64,000 nucleotides of DNA from Mustelus asterias (lineage: Eukaryota). The position numbers and the translations under genes are program-made. Position 1 is the first letter of the stretch. Each line of letters begins with the position of its first letter. The notes under the pieces are model-generated. The model saw only the letters and a program-made list of their open reading frames with translations. It made no database searches and had not been told where the DNA came from. Where the stretch lies: assembly GCF_964213995.1 (NCBI RefSeq), contig NW_027591308.1:1-64000 (forward strand), in the 5' to 3' direction. Of this stretch, positions 1 to 11,639 are shown piece by piece.

Positions 1-1410
1 AGCACTGGGAAGCTTAGTTCCAGCAATGTAACTCAAACATACGTGAGAGTTTCTTTATTGAATTTTCAGTCATCTACCTGAATCACTCAAACTTTCTGGT
101 TCACTGCGTACCGTTCAGGATACCTGTCACTGAATCAAGTGGTTAGCTGTTTTCCGTCAAACACTTACTCATCTCGAAGCTCTTAATGAGGAAGTATGAT
201 CTGTATTGCTGAACGTTCCCCTCCAGTTATTTCTCTGATCTAATCTGCTTTCTTCCCGACTACAAGATAACATAACAACTCTTCCCTTCTTGGTTTTTTT
301 CCCAACATTTCGGATTATATAAGCATCTAAAACCAATCATAGGAGCTATTCGGGTACCTCCTTTACCGACTTCTTGCATGGAATTAATACGAGACAAAAT
401 AAATCTCCATTACTATTATTGCATAATTTGTCTGAATATTTCTTCCACTACCTGCCTTCCCGGTGCAGAGGCATGGTGAGGGACACAATAACTTCAGAGA
501 TAGGGTTGTCGAGGTGAAGAGCTATGGAGTGACACGAATATATACAGAGTCAGAAAGATACTGAGAAAGAAACTCCTGATATTGAGTTTGACGTAACGGC
601 TAAAACTGCACTCAGTGTAAACGTTTCCATCCCATCTTCTGATTCTGATTCGCACGCTGTCTCTCAAGGGCAATAAAGAAAGACTTCCATTTATATACCG
701 CCGTTCATGACATCAGGACTTCACAAAGAGCTTTACACCCAAAGAAGTCTTCGAATTTTCATCACTGTCTTAATATAGGAGACGTGGCAGTTAATAGGCG
801 CACTTCAAACTCCACAAAGAACAAAGTGATAATCAGGTCATCTATTTTAGTGATATAGATTGGAGGGCTGATGGAAAGTGACATCTGTCAGAAAACCTGT
901 CATTCTGTCATCTCAGTTGCCATTTCCGCTCATCGGTCGCACAGATATACATTCAAGTTCACATTTCAGGTTTTGGCTCATTTAGTTCCACTGTTGAGGT
1001 GGAGGGTGGGTGATGCACTTTTATAGGAAAGTCCAGTAGATCCGCAATGAGTCTCGATTCCCTCATATGCCTGAGTGTTTCCCCCCCCTATTTCTTTGTT
1101 GTGAAGAACGATTTTAAAAAAAGAATCTTCTGGCAAATATGCGCCATTTCCCATAGATCACTTACAATATCACTTGTGTCAGTCTTCTATTAGAAAAGTT
1201 TCAGATGGTGATTCACGATGTTAGTCTGCACCTATAATCCCATTAAATTCTGTTGTACAATGAGTCTGTCAAAAAACTATCAGCATTAATTATTTTACGG
1301 TTAATATTTGCCGAGGTCAGAGCAAAGATAATATGGTTCTAACATCGAGATTCGGATAATTTTGAGCAACGAACTGCAATCATACGGATTTTGCCCACTC
1401 GACATGAAAA

Positions 1411-1483
1411 AGTTTAAGGAATGTTTCGAACCGCGGCCCTTTCGCATGTGAGGCGAACGTGATAACCACTACAATACAGAAAC
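1411..1483 (-). pseudogene. tRNA-Val(CAC) pseudogene
   Basis: Reverse complement GTTTCTGTATTGTAGTGGTTATCACGTTCGCCTCACATGCGAAAGGGCCGCGGTTCGAAAC matches vertebrate tRNA-Val-CAC; 3' acceptor strand degenerate. Confidence 0.85.
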
Positions 1484-1742
1484 AGCTGGCAACAGCTTAA
1501 AACAAATGGGCCTGTCTGCAATGTTCAACTGCGCTGTGTTGCTGCAGATTCCAATGGTTCGACTGAGTGCCAATGTCACTTAAATCGGCAGACAACCGTT
1601 ACTTTCAACCTGATTGCTCAACTTAACTTTAACGTCAAAGTTTAAAAGCGTTCGTCCATCATTTTTCTAAGGGAGCAAAGATTTCGGCTCATTCATTAAT
1701 TTTCATCTTTCTTCGAATAATCTCAACCAATTGTACTCAGTA

Positions 1743-1870
1743 ATAAAAGCAAATTACTGAGGATGCTGGAATCTGAAACCAAAAGAGGAAATGCTGGAAA
1801 ACCTCACAAGCATCTGTAAGAAGAGAAAGGAGCTGACGTTTCGTGTCCAGATGACACTTCATCAACGCTC
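1743..1870 (-). mobile_element. Short non-autonomous Penelope-like (pLTR) element with minimal hammerhead motif (family A)
   Basis: Reverse complement of 1830-1870 = GAGCG-TTGATGA-A-GTGTC-ATCTG-GACAC-GAA-ACGT-C-AGCTC; flanked by direct repeat CAATTGTACTCAGTA (1728-1742, 1877-1891). Confidence 0.65.
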
Positions 1871-2628
1871 ATTGTACAATTGTACTCAGTATTTGTTTCA
1901 ATATTTAGTATCAACGCATTATTTAACACACGTCTTCATGATGAATTGAATATCTCTGAAATTGAATATCACTCAATTGCAAACATAACTGACCACCAAA
2001 TGAATCGAGTCACCGGGTAATACAGATCGCAATTTTGAGAATGACCATAGTCAGCTTTTAAACAAAGTCAATTACATTTAAATGGAAGGGATTGAAGAAT
2101 TATCTCTTAGTTACACTTGAGCCTTTTTTTGTCATGGGCGCGAAACATTCAGACGCATGAATTCCGGCCATCTATGGGAAAGTCCAGTAGATCCGCACTG
2201 AGTCTCGATTTCCTCATCTGTCTCAGTGGCTTTTCCAATTTTTTGCTATGAAGAACGATATAAAAACTCTTCTGGGAAATGTGCGCCATTTCCTCTGGTT
2301 TACTTACAGTATCACTTGTGTCTGTCTTTTTGAGCACACACTACTATTTGTCATGTTCCAGATGGTGATTATGTCATTCTGCACTGATAGACCCATTAAA
2401 TTCGGTTGTAGACTGAACGACATGCGAATATGTACACGTTGTCAAAGTCGAAAGGTTTCTTTCCTGTCAGTGCGTCAAGAAATATCAGCATTTCTTATTT
2501 TACAGAAAGCATTTGAGGCTCAGGTTAGAGCAAAAATAATTTGGCTGTCACATCAAAGTTCGGATAATGTTGAGCAACGAACTGAAATCATGCAGATTTC
2601 TTCACCCGACATGAGAAAACTTAATGAA

Positions 2629-2685
2629 CGTTTCCCCCCGGGGACCTTTGGCGTGTGAGGCGAACGTGATAACCACTATAGAAAC
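2629..2685 (-). pseudogene. tRNA-Val(CAC) pseudogene with internal deletions
   Basis: Reverse complement GTTTCTATAGTGGTTATCACGTTCGCCTCACACGCCAAAGGTCCCCGG. Confidence 0.8.
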
Positions 2686-2952
2686 AGCTGGCAGCAAACT
2701 CCAGCAAATCTATCTATCTGCAATGTTAACTGCGCTGTGTTTCTGCAGGTTTCAATGGCTTGACTGAGAGCCCATGTCACTTGTTTCAGGAAGAAAACCG
2801 TTACTTTCAATCTGATTGCTCGCATTATCTTGAACTTCAAAATTTAAAAGCGTTCGTTTGGCAAATATCTACGGGACCAATGATTTCTGCTCATTCATTA
2901 ATGCATCCATTCTCATCGTCCATTGAAAATTCTCAACCGATTGTGCTCATTA

Positions 2953-3089
2953 ATAAAAGCAAATTACTGAGGATGCTGGAATCAGAAAACAAAAGAGAAA
3001 ATGCTGGAAAATCTCACGTGGTCTGGCAGCATCTGTGAGGAGAGAAAGGAGCTGACGTTTCAGATCCAGATGGCACTTTATCAAAGCTC
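2953..3089 (-). mobile_element. Family A hammerhead/pLTR element (duplicated copy)
   Basis: AAAAGCAAATTACTGAGGATGCTGGAATC...GAGCTGACGTTTCAGATCCAGATGGCACTTTATCAAAGCTC. Confidence 0.65.
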
Positions 3090-3596
3090 ATTGTACAATT
3101 GTACTCAGTATTTGTTTCAATATTTAATATCAATGCATTATTTAACACATATGTCACAGTTTAACACAGAAAACATCGCTATCACCGGCTCCTGTGAGAT
3201 CGAGTCTGCAGCAATGACACCTGCAGAAATTTAGAAACATCAAGCGTTAAGATGTCATTATCATTTGATTGTAAATAATAGCATTAGGGAACGGATCACA
3301 TTGTAATTTGCAACAAAGCGAAATTAAATTAATGTCGAAGTTGCTTGCAAGAGGAAGATTGTGTAAATTGTTGACTGACCAAGTAAGAGAGCTGAAACAG
3401 TGAGAACTTAATACAAAACGAGACCCTACATGTTAGCAGCAAGTTTATTGCGGAATTAAACAGAATGGGTGAACCTGTAATTGTTTCTGTGAAGATATTC
3501 ACATATATCCGGTCTCTCCAGCGATTGGTTCATTCCTGAAAGAATCAACTGGTGACGTCTAATCAGCTCCACGGCCTCCTGTTCTCCAATTCATCC

Positions 3597-3710
3597 GTCA
3601 CCTGATGAAGGCGCAGCGCTCCGAAAGCTCGTGCTACCAATTTTAACCTGGTGTTGTGAGACTACTCATTGTGCCTACCCCAGTCCAACGCAGGCAACTC
3701 CACATCATGG
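3597..3710 (+). mobile_element. Short element with minimal type I hammerhead ribozyme (family B)
   Basis: CAC-CTGATGA-A-GGCGC-AGC-GCTCC-GAA-AGCT-C-GTG at 3599-3633; 11-bp direct repeat CCAATTCATCC at 3586-3596 and 3711-3721; inverted copy at about 53978-54105. Confidence 0.75.
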
Positions 3711-4124
3711 CCAATTCATCCAATCAGCTCACAGACCCTTTGATCTCCAATTCATTACGTCAGAGCAGCTTCAGCGAATCAGTCAAATTGTTTTTTAGAG
3801 AGACGAGAATTCACTGCAATATTGGCCCCTTACACAGCGTGGGAGGTGATGGCCGTGAGGGGAAACAGTTAATGTTGTTGTAACAATGTCGGAAGTTCCA
3901 ATTCGATAGTTTCAATATTTTGCATATCTCTTTTCATATTATATCAAATTGAAAACATACACAACTAAGAACCAATGTCCCAAAATACCTTTTTTTGATT
4001 TTGGGATGCCTCGCATTTAACATCAGCGGGGTTCTTATCAAACATCACAGCAGCGGGTGGGGGCGGTGGAGGGGGAAGGGGTATGGTTCCATAGATTGAT
4101 CTTCCAGATTCAATATCATCGAGG

Positions 4125-4224
4125 AGATTCTGAACAGGCGTTGGAGTTTGGCGACTCGGGGATTTTCACAGTAACTTAATTTCAGTGTGAATGTAAGCCT
4201 ACTTGTGACTAATAAATAAACTTT
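4125..4224 (+). repeat. Dispersed repeat 3' end (SINE/LINE tail); inverted copy at about 28200-28310
   Basis: GGCGACTCGGGGATTTT...AATGTAAGCCTACTTGTGACTAATA is matched in reverse at 28200-28310. Confidence 0.6.
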
Positions 4225-5044
4225 ATACTTGCCTCAGAATGTTCCTGGAAACATCTCTTTTCTCAGGGAATCCATCTCCGGCCTCAGAATTTATATTTAT
4301 CTAAATTAACTGCATCTAACACTCGTAGGCAATGAGTTTCTGGTTCTTAGCGCTCGCTGCGGAAAAATGTTCCTTCCAAATCTTCTCTGCGCCCGCCTTG
4401 CCAAAAATCTTTAAATTTGCCTCTTCCCCCTCAAAACTTATCCTAATTTAGTCCACCTCGATTAAATCACTCCTCAATCTTCTTCACTCAAATGGAGAAT
4501 AATCGCAGGGTCATAAACCTCGCTAATTTTAACTTTTCTAAACTAAACTTACTTCAAAGAAATTCCTCAATGGAATTTAACTAGAATTTCTCAACTTTTG
4601 AAAAAACATTTCGATGGAACTTGAGTATTTTGTGAACTTCTTTCTACGAAAGATATTTAAATTAAATTCCTTCGCAGAGTTTTACAAATTTTCATCAACT
4701 TATTAGAAACTATTTTCACCATTTTCAAAAATGTAAGATTTCCACGTTATTTATCTAGAAATTCCCAACTTTTTAAAAGATAGCTTAAAATACTTTTTCC
4801 AAATAATTTCACGAAAATTCGTAATTTAAAGAAAATAATTTAAACATACTCAATGAAAGTTTATCAGTGGAATCTTACTTAAAATGGCCAACTTTCTTTT
4901 GAAAATTAATGACCTAAGATAAATTTCTTCATAGAAGGTGACTGGATTGAGTAAACATTTGTCTGAATTGGTTCAAAGTTACTGAAAATACATTTTTTCA
5001 TCGAAACTGAAATGGAGTTTACGAACTATTTTTAAAATTTACAG

Positions 5045-5117
5045 CGAGCCAGCCAGGAGTCGAACCTGGAATCTTCTGATCCGTAGTCAGACGCGTTATC
5101 CATTGCGCCACTGGCCC
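5045..5117 (-). tRNA. tRNA-Arg(ACG), intact
   Basis: Reverse complement GGGCCAGTGGCGCAATGGATAACGCGTCTGACTACGGATCAGAAGATTCCAGGTTCGACTCCTGGCTGGCTCG, 73 nt, canonical vertebrate sequence; T4 run a few nt downstream. Confidence 0.97.
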
Positions 5118-5499
5118 ACATACGTGGAATTTGCAACATTTGCTACATATTGGCCAGACGGTTCAAAGCCGGGCAGAAACCAATACGTTTAAGTGAGGAA
5201 AGGTTGCTTAATTAATATTTTATTTACTGCCATCCCTAATGGCCCTTGAATTCAGTCAATCTGCTGTGTTGGAATTCAGCCTGCTTCTCTGCGTTTAATT
5301 TCCAGCGACAGTAACACGACTCAACCCCTAACTACTCCCTCTGTGAATCCACTGCCGAACATTACCCGAGTAGAATATCTTACAATCAAAGACATTGGCT
5401 CTTAGTTATGCCTAAAAATACATTCAGGGAAAAAGAGAAGTGCTGAAAATTCACAACAAAATGAACAGGAAAGAAGATGCGCTTATTGCGACTCAGGAT

Positions 5500-5990
5500 A
5501 CATTTTATCAGTTCGAGGTGGCTACAAGAGCAGGTCAGAGGCTCGGAAACCTGCGGCGAATAACTCACCTCCTGACTCCCAAAAAACAGACCACGATCTA
5601 CAAGGCACAAATCAGGAGTGTGATAGAATACTTTCCACTTGTCTGGAGGATGCAGGAATTCACCAAACGCACATTAGACAGCACCTTCAAAACCCAAGAC
5701 CACTACCACTGGCAGGTTTGCCCCCACTCCCCCGATCCACTGCATACCCCCCCCCCCCCCTCCCCCCCGCACCTCAAGTCACTCAGCATTCTGATTTGGA
5801 AATATATCACCGTTCCTTCACAGTCATTGGGATAAATTCCTGGAATTCTCTCCCTAACAGCACTGTGGGTGTACCTACACAAATACACTGCAACGTTTCA
5901 AGAAGACAGGTCACCACCACATTCTCAAGGGTAATTACTGATGGGCAGTCCATGCTGATCTAACCAAGCGACACCCACATGAACAAAAAG
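5500..5990 (+). mobile_element. Degenerate LINE 3' fragment (RT C-terminal region, CR1/L2 group)
   Basis: Translation RAGQRLGNLRRITHLLTP..TIYKAQIRSVIEYFPLVW and ..SWNSLPNSTVG. Confidence 0.7.
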
Positions 5991-6377
5991 AAACATCCAG
6001 CCAGTTCCCCGAACCCGCAGTCATGGGGTCAGCTGAAGAGGTGAATGGGGATAAAATGAATGTCCAGTTGCATAGCCAACCCTGTTGAACGTATCTTGAT
6101 TGTCTATCGAATGTGTTGTGCTGATAGATTCCCCGCAGTTTGTGCTCAGGTTCTCAAACTAAACCCCATGAGAACCAATCCCTTCATCTGCACCGCAAAG
6201 AAATAAACAAAATCTGCAATTTATAGAATTTCATAGAATTTTGTGGGAGAGGACGCCACAATGGTTAGATCTGCTGCCTCAGCATGCCAAGTACGTTGTT
6301 TCGATTCCTGGTTTAGTCACTATCTGTGATGATGAAGATTTGCAGCTTTTACAAGCTGCAGCAATAGCACGAATGCA

Positions 6378-6450
6378 ACCCCATTGCCGTAATGGGTAAG
6401 ATACTGGCTTTATAAACCACGGGTTGTGTACTCGAGTCCCATCTGGAGTG
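6378..6450 (+). pseudogene. tRNA-Arg(CCT)-derived pseudogene
   Basis: 73 nt colinear with GCCCCAGTGGCCTAATGGATAAGG...TCGAGTCCCATCTGGGGTG; anticodon and T-loop mutated. Confidence 0.7.
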
Positions 6451-6529
6451 TAGATATCAAACGGTTAGGTGTCCAACGCTGGCAAATGCATTTCCTATAG
6501 ACCCTGGCTGTTCCTGGGAAGATGCATTT

Positions 6530-6655
6530 TGGGTTAGCACTGCTGCCTCACAGCGCCAGGGTCCCAGGTTCAATTCTTGACCTCGGGTCACAGTATGTGT
6601 GGAGTTTGCACTTTCTCCCTGTAGTTTCCTCCGGGTGCTCCGGTTTCCTCCCATA
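6530..6655 (+). mobile_element. HE1-type tRNA-derived SINE, partial
   Basis: GGTTAGCACTGCTGCCTCACAGCGCCAGGG...TTTCCTCCGGGTGCTCCGGTTTCCTCCCA core. Confidence 0.85.
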
Positions 6656-7008
6656 GTGATCTATCTAGATAGATAGTTATATAGTATGCTGCCTTCTGTT
6701 AGGCTTTATATATGTGCTTGTATATAATGCAGTATACTGCAGATTCTGTAAATCTGAAATAAAAACAGAAAATGCTGGGTTATTTCAGTAGTTCTGGCAG
6801 TATCTGCGGAGCGAGAAACAGAGTTAACGTTTCCAGTCCAGATGTCAGATGGCCAACCCGGACACGATGGGCCGAAGGGCCCCTTTCCGTTCTGTAAAAC
6901 TTTGTGCCTCTATGATCCTTTTTCGGAGTTGGCCAGCGGAAAGCAATCCCGCCGTTTGCACCCGAAACAAATCACAATACCTGACTTGGTCAAAAGGAGG
7001 CAATTAAA

Positions 7009-7099
7009 GGGCTCGTCTAGGATTTGAACCCGGAACCTCCCGCATGTCTCATCGACTAAAATACCCGAAGCAATAATCATGCTCTTCGACCAACCAACC
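7009..7099 (-). pseudogene. tRNA-Pro(CGG) relic with 19-nt intron (7045-7063) at position 37/38
   Basis: Reverse complement ...ATGATTATTGC-TT-CGG-G-[TATTTTAGTCGATGAGACA]-T-GCGGGAGGTTCCGGGTTCAAATCCTAGACGAGCCC; 72+19 nt; several stem mismatches. Confidence 0.85.
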
Positions 7100-7744
7100 T
7101 ACCCAAAAGCAAGCGTAAGCAAAATATAGCTCATTTCTCTTTCGCCAATGCAGTTTAGCCATCTCTGATGAAAGCCGACATTGTTGAAATAATCCACCAC
7201 ATCAGCATTTGTGGACTTAAAGCTCCAGCAAAATATCCGCCCAATATTGCTAACTCGACTGGGCGCTTTTGTGTATAAAGTACACATATTACCCGTCAGG
7301 CTACACAAAGAATGCCGAGTGCCAAGCTGAACGAACGAGAATATTTGCAGTATATCAACAGTAATATCAACTTTGAAAACTCATAATATATCTCGTGAAA
7401 CAATATAAGTTTGCTATCAATGCTAAAATATTTCTGTTCCGACATTTGCTCTTTTAATTACATTTTCTCAATAATGTTACTGGCCACGACTGGAGACTGC
7501 AAATAGCCCCGAGCCTGAACGCAACATGGTATCGTCCTGTCCTCTGGTGGCAGAGATATGGAACTACAAAATGCAGCTTTCTCCCACCTATGAATCTTCA
7601 AGACTCATGTTTGTGTTCGACAATTTCCGTCGATTAATTCTTCCGCGTTTTTATTTATTCCCCTTTTCAAATCTGAGACTGCACCTCGGGTGTAGAATCA
7701 TTTTTCATGAATCTACCTCTTCTGGAAAAGGCAAACTTTTCCAG

Positions 7745-7840
7745 ATGTGGCTCATGGAGACTCTGTCACTCAGCCGCGGTCCGCAGCAGTTAAAACAGAA
7801 GAACAGGTGACTTTAAAATGGAGTTATAATACCACATTTT
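7745..7840 (+). pseudogene. TCR V alpha/delta 5' fragment (pseudogene)
   Basis: Acceptor TTTTCCAG then VAHGDSVTQPRSAAVKTEEQVTLKWSYNT, same family as the V at 38670; first Cys replaced by Trp; truncated, no RSS. Confidence 0.7.
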
Positions 7841-8473
7841 ACCCTCTGAAAAGGGCAACATTCTGAACAGGTCAATAAAGTTACTTTTCGTACCTCCCTT
7901 GTTATAAGCCAAAGAAACCAAATTAGTCTGTTAATCCCTGACACTATTCTGATTTGTAACCAATTTGTCCAAACTATGGGTGTTCTCCCGATTTTGTCGT
8001 CCCAGGATTTGAACAGCGAACTCCAGCCATGATTTTCACAGATTTAGCATCATTTTCCCAAATAAATATCAACAGTCACAAAGACCGTGTCTAAAGAGCC
8101 GTAATTTAGATTTTTCGGCAGCATGTGTGTCTTGTTCTGTATTGTAGTGAGGAATCCAGTCAACAGCCTAATTCCAGCGCGCAGAACCCGCCACCAGAGA
8201 GCGCCACATTCTAGCCTGGGTGCCAGAAACTCACGTGATATTATCACTGACACCTGCATGGATGGTAGGCTTGTGAGGTCACAATAGACACAGCCCCCCC
8301 CCCCCCCCCCCAACACCCACAAACACAGACACATAAACTCACACTGACCCACGCACACTGACACTCTCACAAACACACTCACTGCAATGAGCTGAACAGA
8401 GCCCGGGTTCCCTCTCTCCTTCTCAACCTCTGACTCACTCCGTTCCCATTCAGTGAGATAGATTCACTCAGAC

Positions 8474-9023
8474 ATGTTTCTGATCTTCCTGGCGGCGCTC
8501 TTGCACGGTAAGCACTGGGTAACGTACATCAAGCCAGATAAACACATTAGATGGTAATATAATTAACCATCACAATTATCGATGTGAGGGGTGAATGGGG
8601 GTGGGGGAGGTGGGGGTGGGGGTGGGGGAGGTGGGGGTGGGGGGTGGGGGGGGGGGGAGGGGCGGGTGCTGCAGAAACAATCGCAGATACAAACATTAAC
8701 TCTTGATATTTCATTCCTCTACCTTCACAGGCGGACTGTGCGCAGATCCAGTAGCACAGTCATCGCTGCCAATAACCGCATCAGAAGGGGATTCAGTGCA
8801 GTTGGGTTGTGAATATACAGACAAGAATATGTACAGCATGCAATGGTATCAGCAGAAACCGACACAACCAGCGACATGGATTATTACCAAAGCATTAACA
8901 GTGAAGGAAGATGAAGTTTCAGGACGATATCTGGCGGCTTCTGACGCGTCTAAACAGAACGGTTACCTCAATATAAGCACCCTCAGAGTGCAGGACGGGG
9001 CGGTCTATTACTGTGCAGTGAGG
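8474..9023 (+). CDS. T-cell receptor V alpha/delta gene segment, potentially functional (leader exon 8474-8507, V exon 8731-9023)
   Basis: Leader MFLIFLAALLH|GTAAG phase 1; acceptor CTTCACAG; V exon DPVAQ..VQLGCEY..WYQQKP..LNISTLRVQDGAVYYCAVR, open frame with both Cys and Trp. Confidence 0.92.
8590..8667 (+). repeat. G-rich tract (GGGGGT-like runs) in V-gene intron, G-quadruplex potential
   Basis: About a dozen G-runs of 3 or more. Confidence 0.8.
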
Positions 9024-9062
9024 CACAGCGTTAGATTAAAGCTAAAACCCCGTACAAAAACC
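9024..9062 (+). promoter_or_regulatory. 23-bp-spacer recombination signal sequence
   Basis: CACAGCG + 23 nt + ACAAAAACC. Confidence 0.95.
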
Positions 9063-9372
9063 TTAGCGAGTATTTACAACTCCATTCAGTTTCCTCCTGC
9101 GCGAATGGTTTGACCCGGCTTCAAGAAGACAGTCATTTCTATTTAGGGTAGAGCCGACGGGATGATTGGATACCACCTGAAAACTCTGTCAGCAATAAGC
9201 CAATAAGCAGATGGTGTTATCTAATATTCTCTTGATTCTCGATCCAGTGATCTCAGCTCTTCCTCCCATTGATTCTGTAGGATGTGACATCCACTGCTCT
9301 CAGCTTTATCTCGTTCGATATTCTGCAACTTTCGGAGACACAAGTCCCTGGAATCCAGGAGCAGCAGCAGCG

Positions 9373-10296
9373 ATGCGGAGCTCCCTTCTCGCTGTTTTCT
9401 GGGTGACATTCATTGTCGGTAAGAAGTTTGAAACTTGAAAAAGAGTAAAAGGGAGTTTAATTTATGGAGGAAGAAGTTTGAAAAGCAGGACTTTCGTGTT
9501 AAACAAGTATTAGACCTGCCTTAGAGCACAAATGAATCTTTGTTTGTGGCTTTGGTCTTTTGGAGAACAGGTTCTAAAAGCGCACAGCAAAGGCGATTTA
9601 AAGAAATGGTCCCAGGGTTGGAAGATGAGAGCTATCAGAAAGCATTATAAAAATTATGATTACTCTCTCTCTCTGGACGAGAAGACGATCAGGTAATCTG
9701 ACTGATTTCTGGACAATGATGATCAAATCAATTTAAATAATAATAAAGCAAATCAAAGAGATTTAGTGTGCTGGACGGGGAGAGGATGATTCCATCTGGG
9801 GAGAATTACATATCTGTGTCCCATAAATCTAAGTGTAACAAAAAGATCAACTGGGAATTACAGAGAAACTTTTTTTGAAAGAGTTCTGTGGAAGTGACTC
9901 ACACTGACACAATGAACTGTTGAGGAGAGGAGTAACGATGCATTTGAGGGCAAACTAGAGAACCCGCTGAGGTAGAAAGGGATAGAGGTATTTGAGATGA
10001 GGCAGGAGGGAGGATTCTCCGAGGGATTGTGAAAGGGGACATAGATCAGTTGGAGTGAATGTGTTAGAATTTAATACCTTCTTTTATGTTGCACTGATTT
10101 TTCACCCTCGCTTCAAGTGAACTTTTAATCAATGACTTTTGTTTGTTAACCTTGTGTTCTCGGTCTGAACGATGGAGATTCTGTTACTCGGCGGGAATCC
10201 TCACTCACACAGACAGAGTGAGAAGATGTCACTTTAATCTGCACCTATACCGACGATGCTTATTATTTATTCTGGTGTTGTCAATACCCAGGCAGA
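9373..10296 (+). pseudogene. TCR V alpha/delta pseudogene (leader 9373-9418, partial V exon 10163-10296), truncated by CR1
   Basis: Leader MRSSLLAVFWVTFIV|GTAAG; V exon [43 protein letters not shown] with stop codon and mutated acceptor (CG). Confidence 0.85.
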
Positions 10297-11368
10297 CATC
10301 CCTCCAAACTATCCACAACACCATCAACTTTTGTGTCGTCGGCAAACTTACCAACCCATCCCTCCACTTCCTCATCCAGTCATTTATGAAAATGACAAAC
10401 AGCAAGGGTCCCAGAACAGATCCCTGGGGCAATCCACTGGTGACCGACCTCCATTCAGAAAAAGACCCATCTACAACTACTCTCTGCCTTCTGCAGGCAA
10501 GCCAGTTCTGGATCCACAAGGCAACAGCCCCTTGGATCCTATGCCCTCTCACTTTCTCGAGAAGTCTTGCATGGGGGACCTTATCGAATGCCTTGCTGAA
10601 GTCCATGTAAACCACATCTACCGCTTTTCCTTCGTCAATGTGTTCAGTCACATTTTCAAAGAACTCCACCAGGCTCGTAAGACACAATTTGCCTTTGACA
10701 AAGCCGTGCTGACTATGTTTGAGCATCCTAAACTTCTCTAAATGTTCATAAATCCTGTCCCTCAGGATTTTCTCCATCAACTTACCAACCACTGAGGTTA
10801 GACTCACCAGTCGGTAATTTCCTGGGCTATCCCTATTCCCTTTCTTCAATATAGGAACCACATCCGCAATCCTCCAGAACCTCTCCCGTCTCCATCGATG
10901 ATGCAAAGATCATCGCCAGAGGCTCTGCAGTCTCTTCCCTCGCCTCCCACAGTAACCTGGGGTACATCCCACCCGGTCCCAGCAACTTATCTATCTTGAT
11001 GCTATTCAAAATTTCCAACACATCCTCTTTCTTAATGTCCTCATACTCAATCTTTTCAGTCCACCTCAATCCTGTAGTACAACCACCCAGGTCTTTTTCC
11101 ACTGTGAATACCGAGGTAAAATATTCATTAAGCACCTCTGCTATTTCTTCCAGTTCTGTACAGACTTTCTCACCTTCACATTTTATAGGTCCTATTCCTT
11201 CACATCTCATCCTTTTACTCTTCACATATTTATAGAACGCCTCAGGGTTCTCCTTAATCTTACCTGCCAAGGCCTTCTCGTGACCGCTTCTTGCTCTCCT
11301 AATTTCTTTCTTAAGTCCCTTCCTACAAGCCGTATACTCATCTAGATCCCTACCATTGCCTAGCTCTC
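10295..11368 (-). mobile_element. CR1 LINE ORF2 fragment (RT region), frameshifted
   Basis: [44 protein letters not shown]. Confidence 0.95.
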
Positions 11369-11639
11369 TTTTATGAACTCTCTGAATATTCAATTCAGAA
11401 TGAGGAGATGCATAATAAATAAATGTATTGATGTTAAATGTTGAATAATGAAACAAATACCGAGTAAAATAGATTGACAATGATGCATTTACCACAGAGG
11501 CTCATTTTCAGTTTTTGTTTCAGATTCCAGCATCCACAGTTTTTTGCTTTTATTTATTCGCTCTGACCTGGGCCTCAAAATTCATTCAGGGCGATCGGAA
11601 ATACTGGATTTTCATGAGAAGAAAAAGAGGAGCATGTTC

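Larger units (their letters stand above)
1025..3149. repeat. Diverged tandem duplication (about 1025-1930 and 2176-3149); each unit carries a tRNA-Val relic and a hammerhead-type element
   Basis: Shared start GGAAAGTCCAGTAGATCCGCA(A/C)TGAGTCTCGATT, shared end GCATTATTTAACACA, colinear between. Confidence 0.85.

Noticed and set aside
460-620. Minus-strand SDS..YSC Ig-like remnant
   Set aside because: Needs frameshifts, has no RSS and no upstream Cys/Trp; too weak to call
3832-3875. CACAGCG heptamer-like site
   Set aside because: No nonamer at 12 or 23 nt and no convincing V-end upstream
8591-8812. Poly-glycine ORF
   Set aside because: Translation of the intronic G-tract
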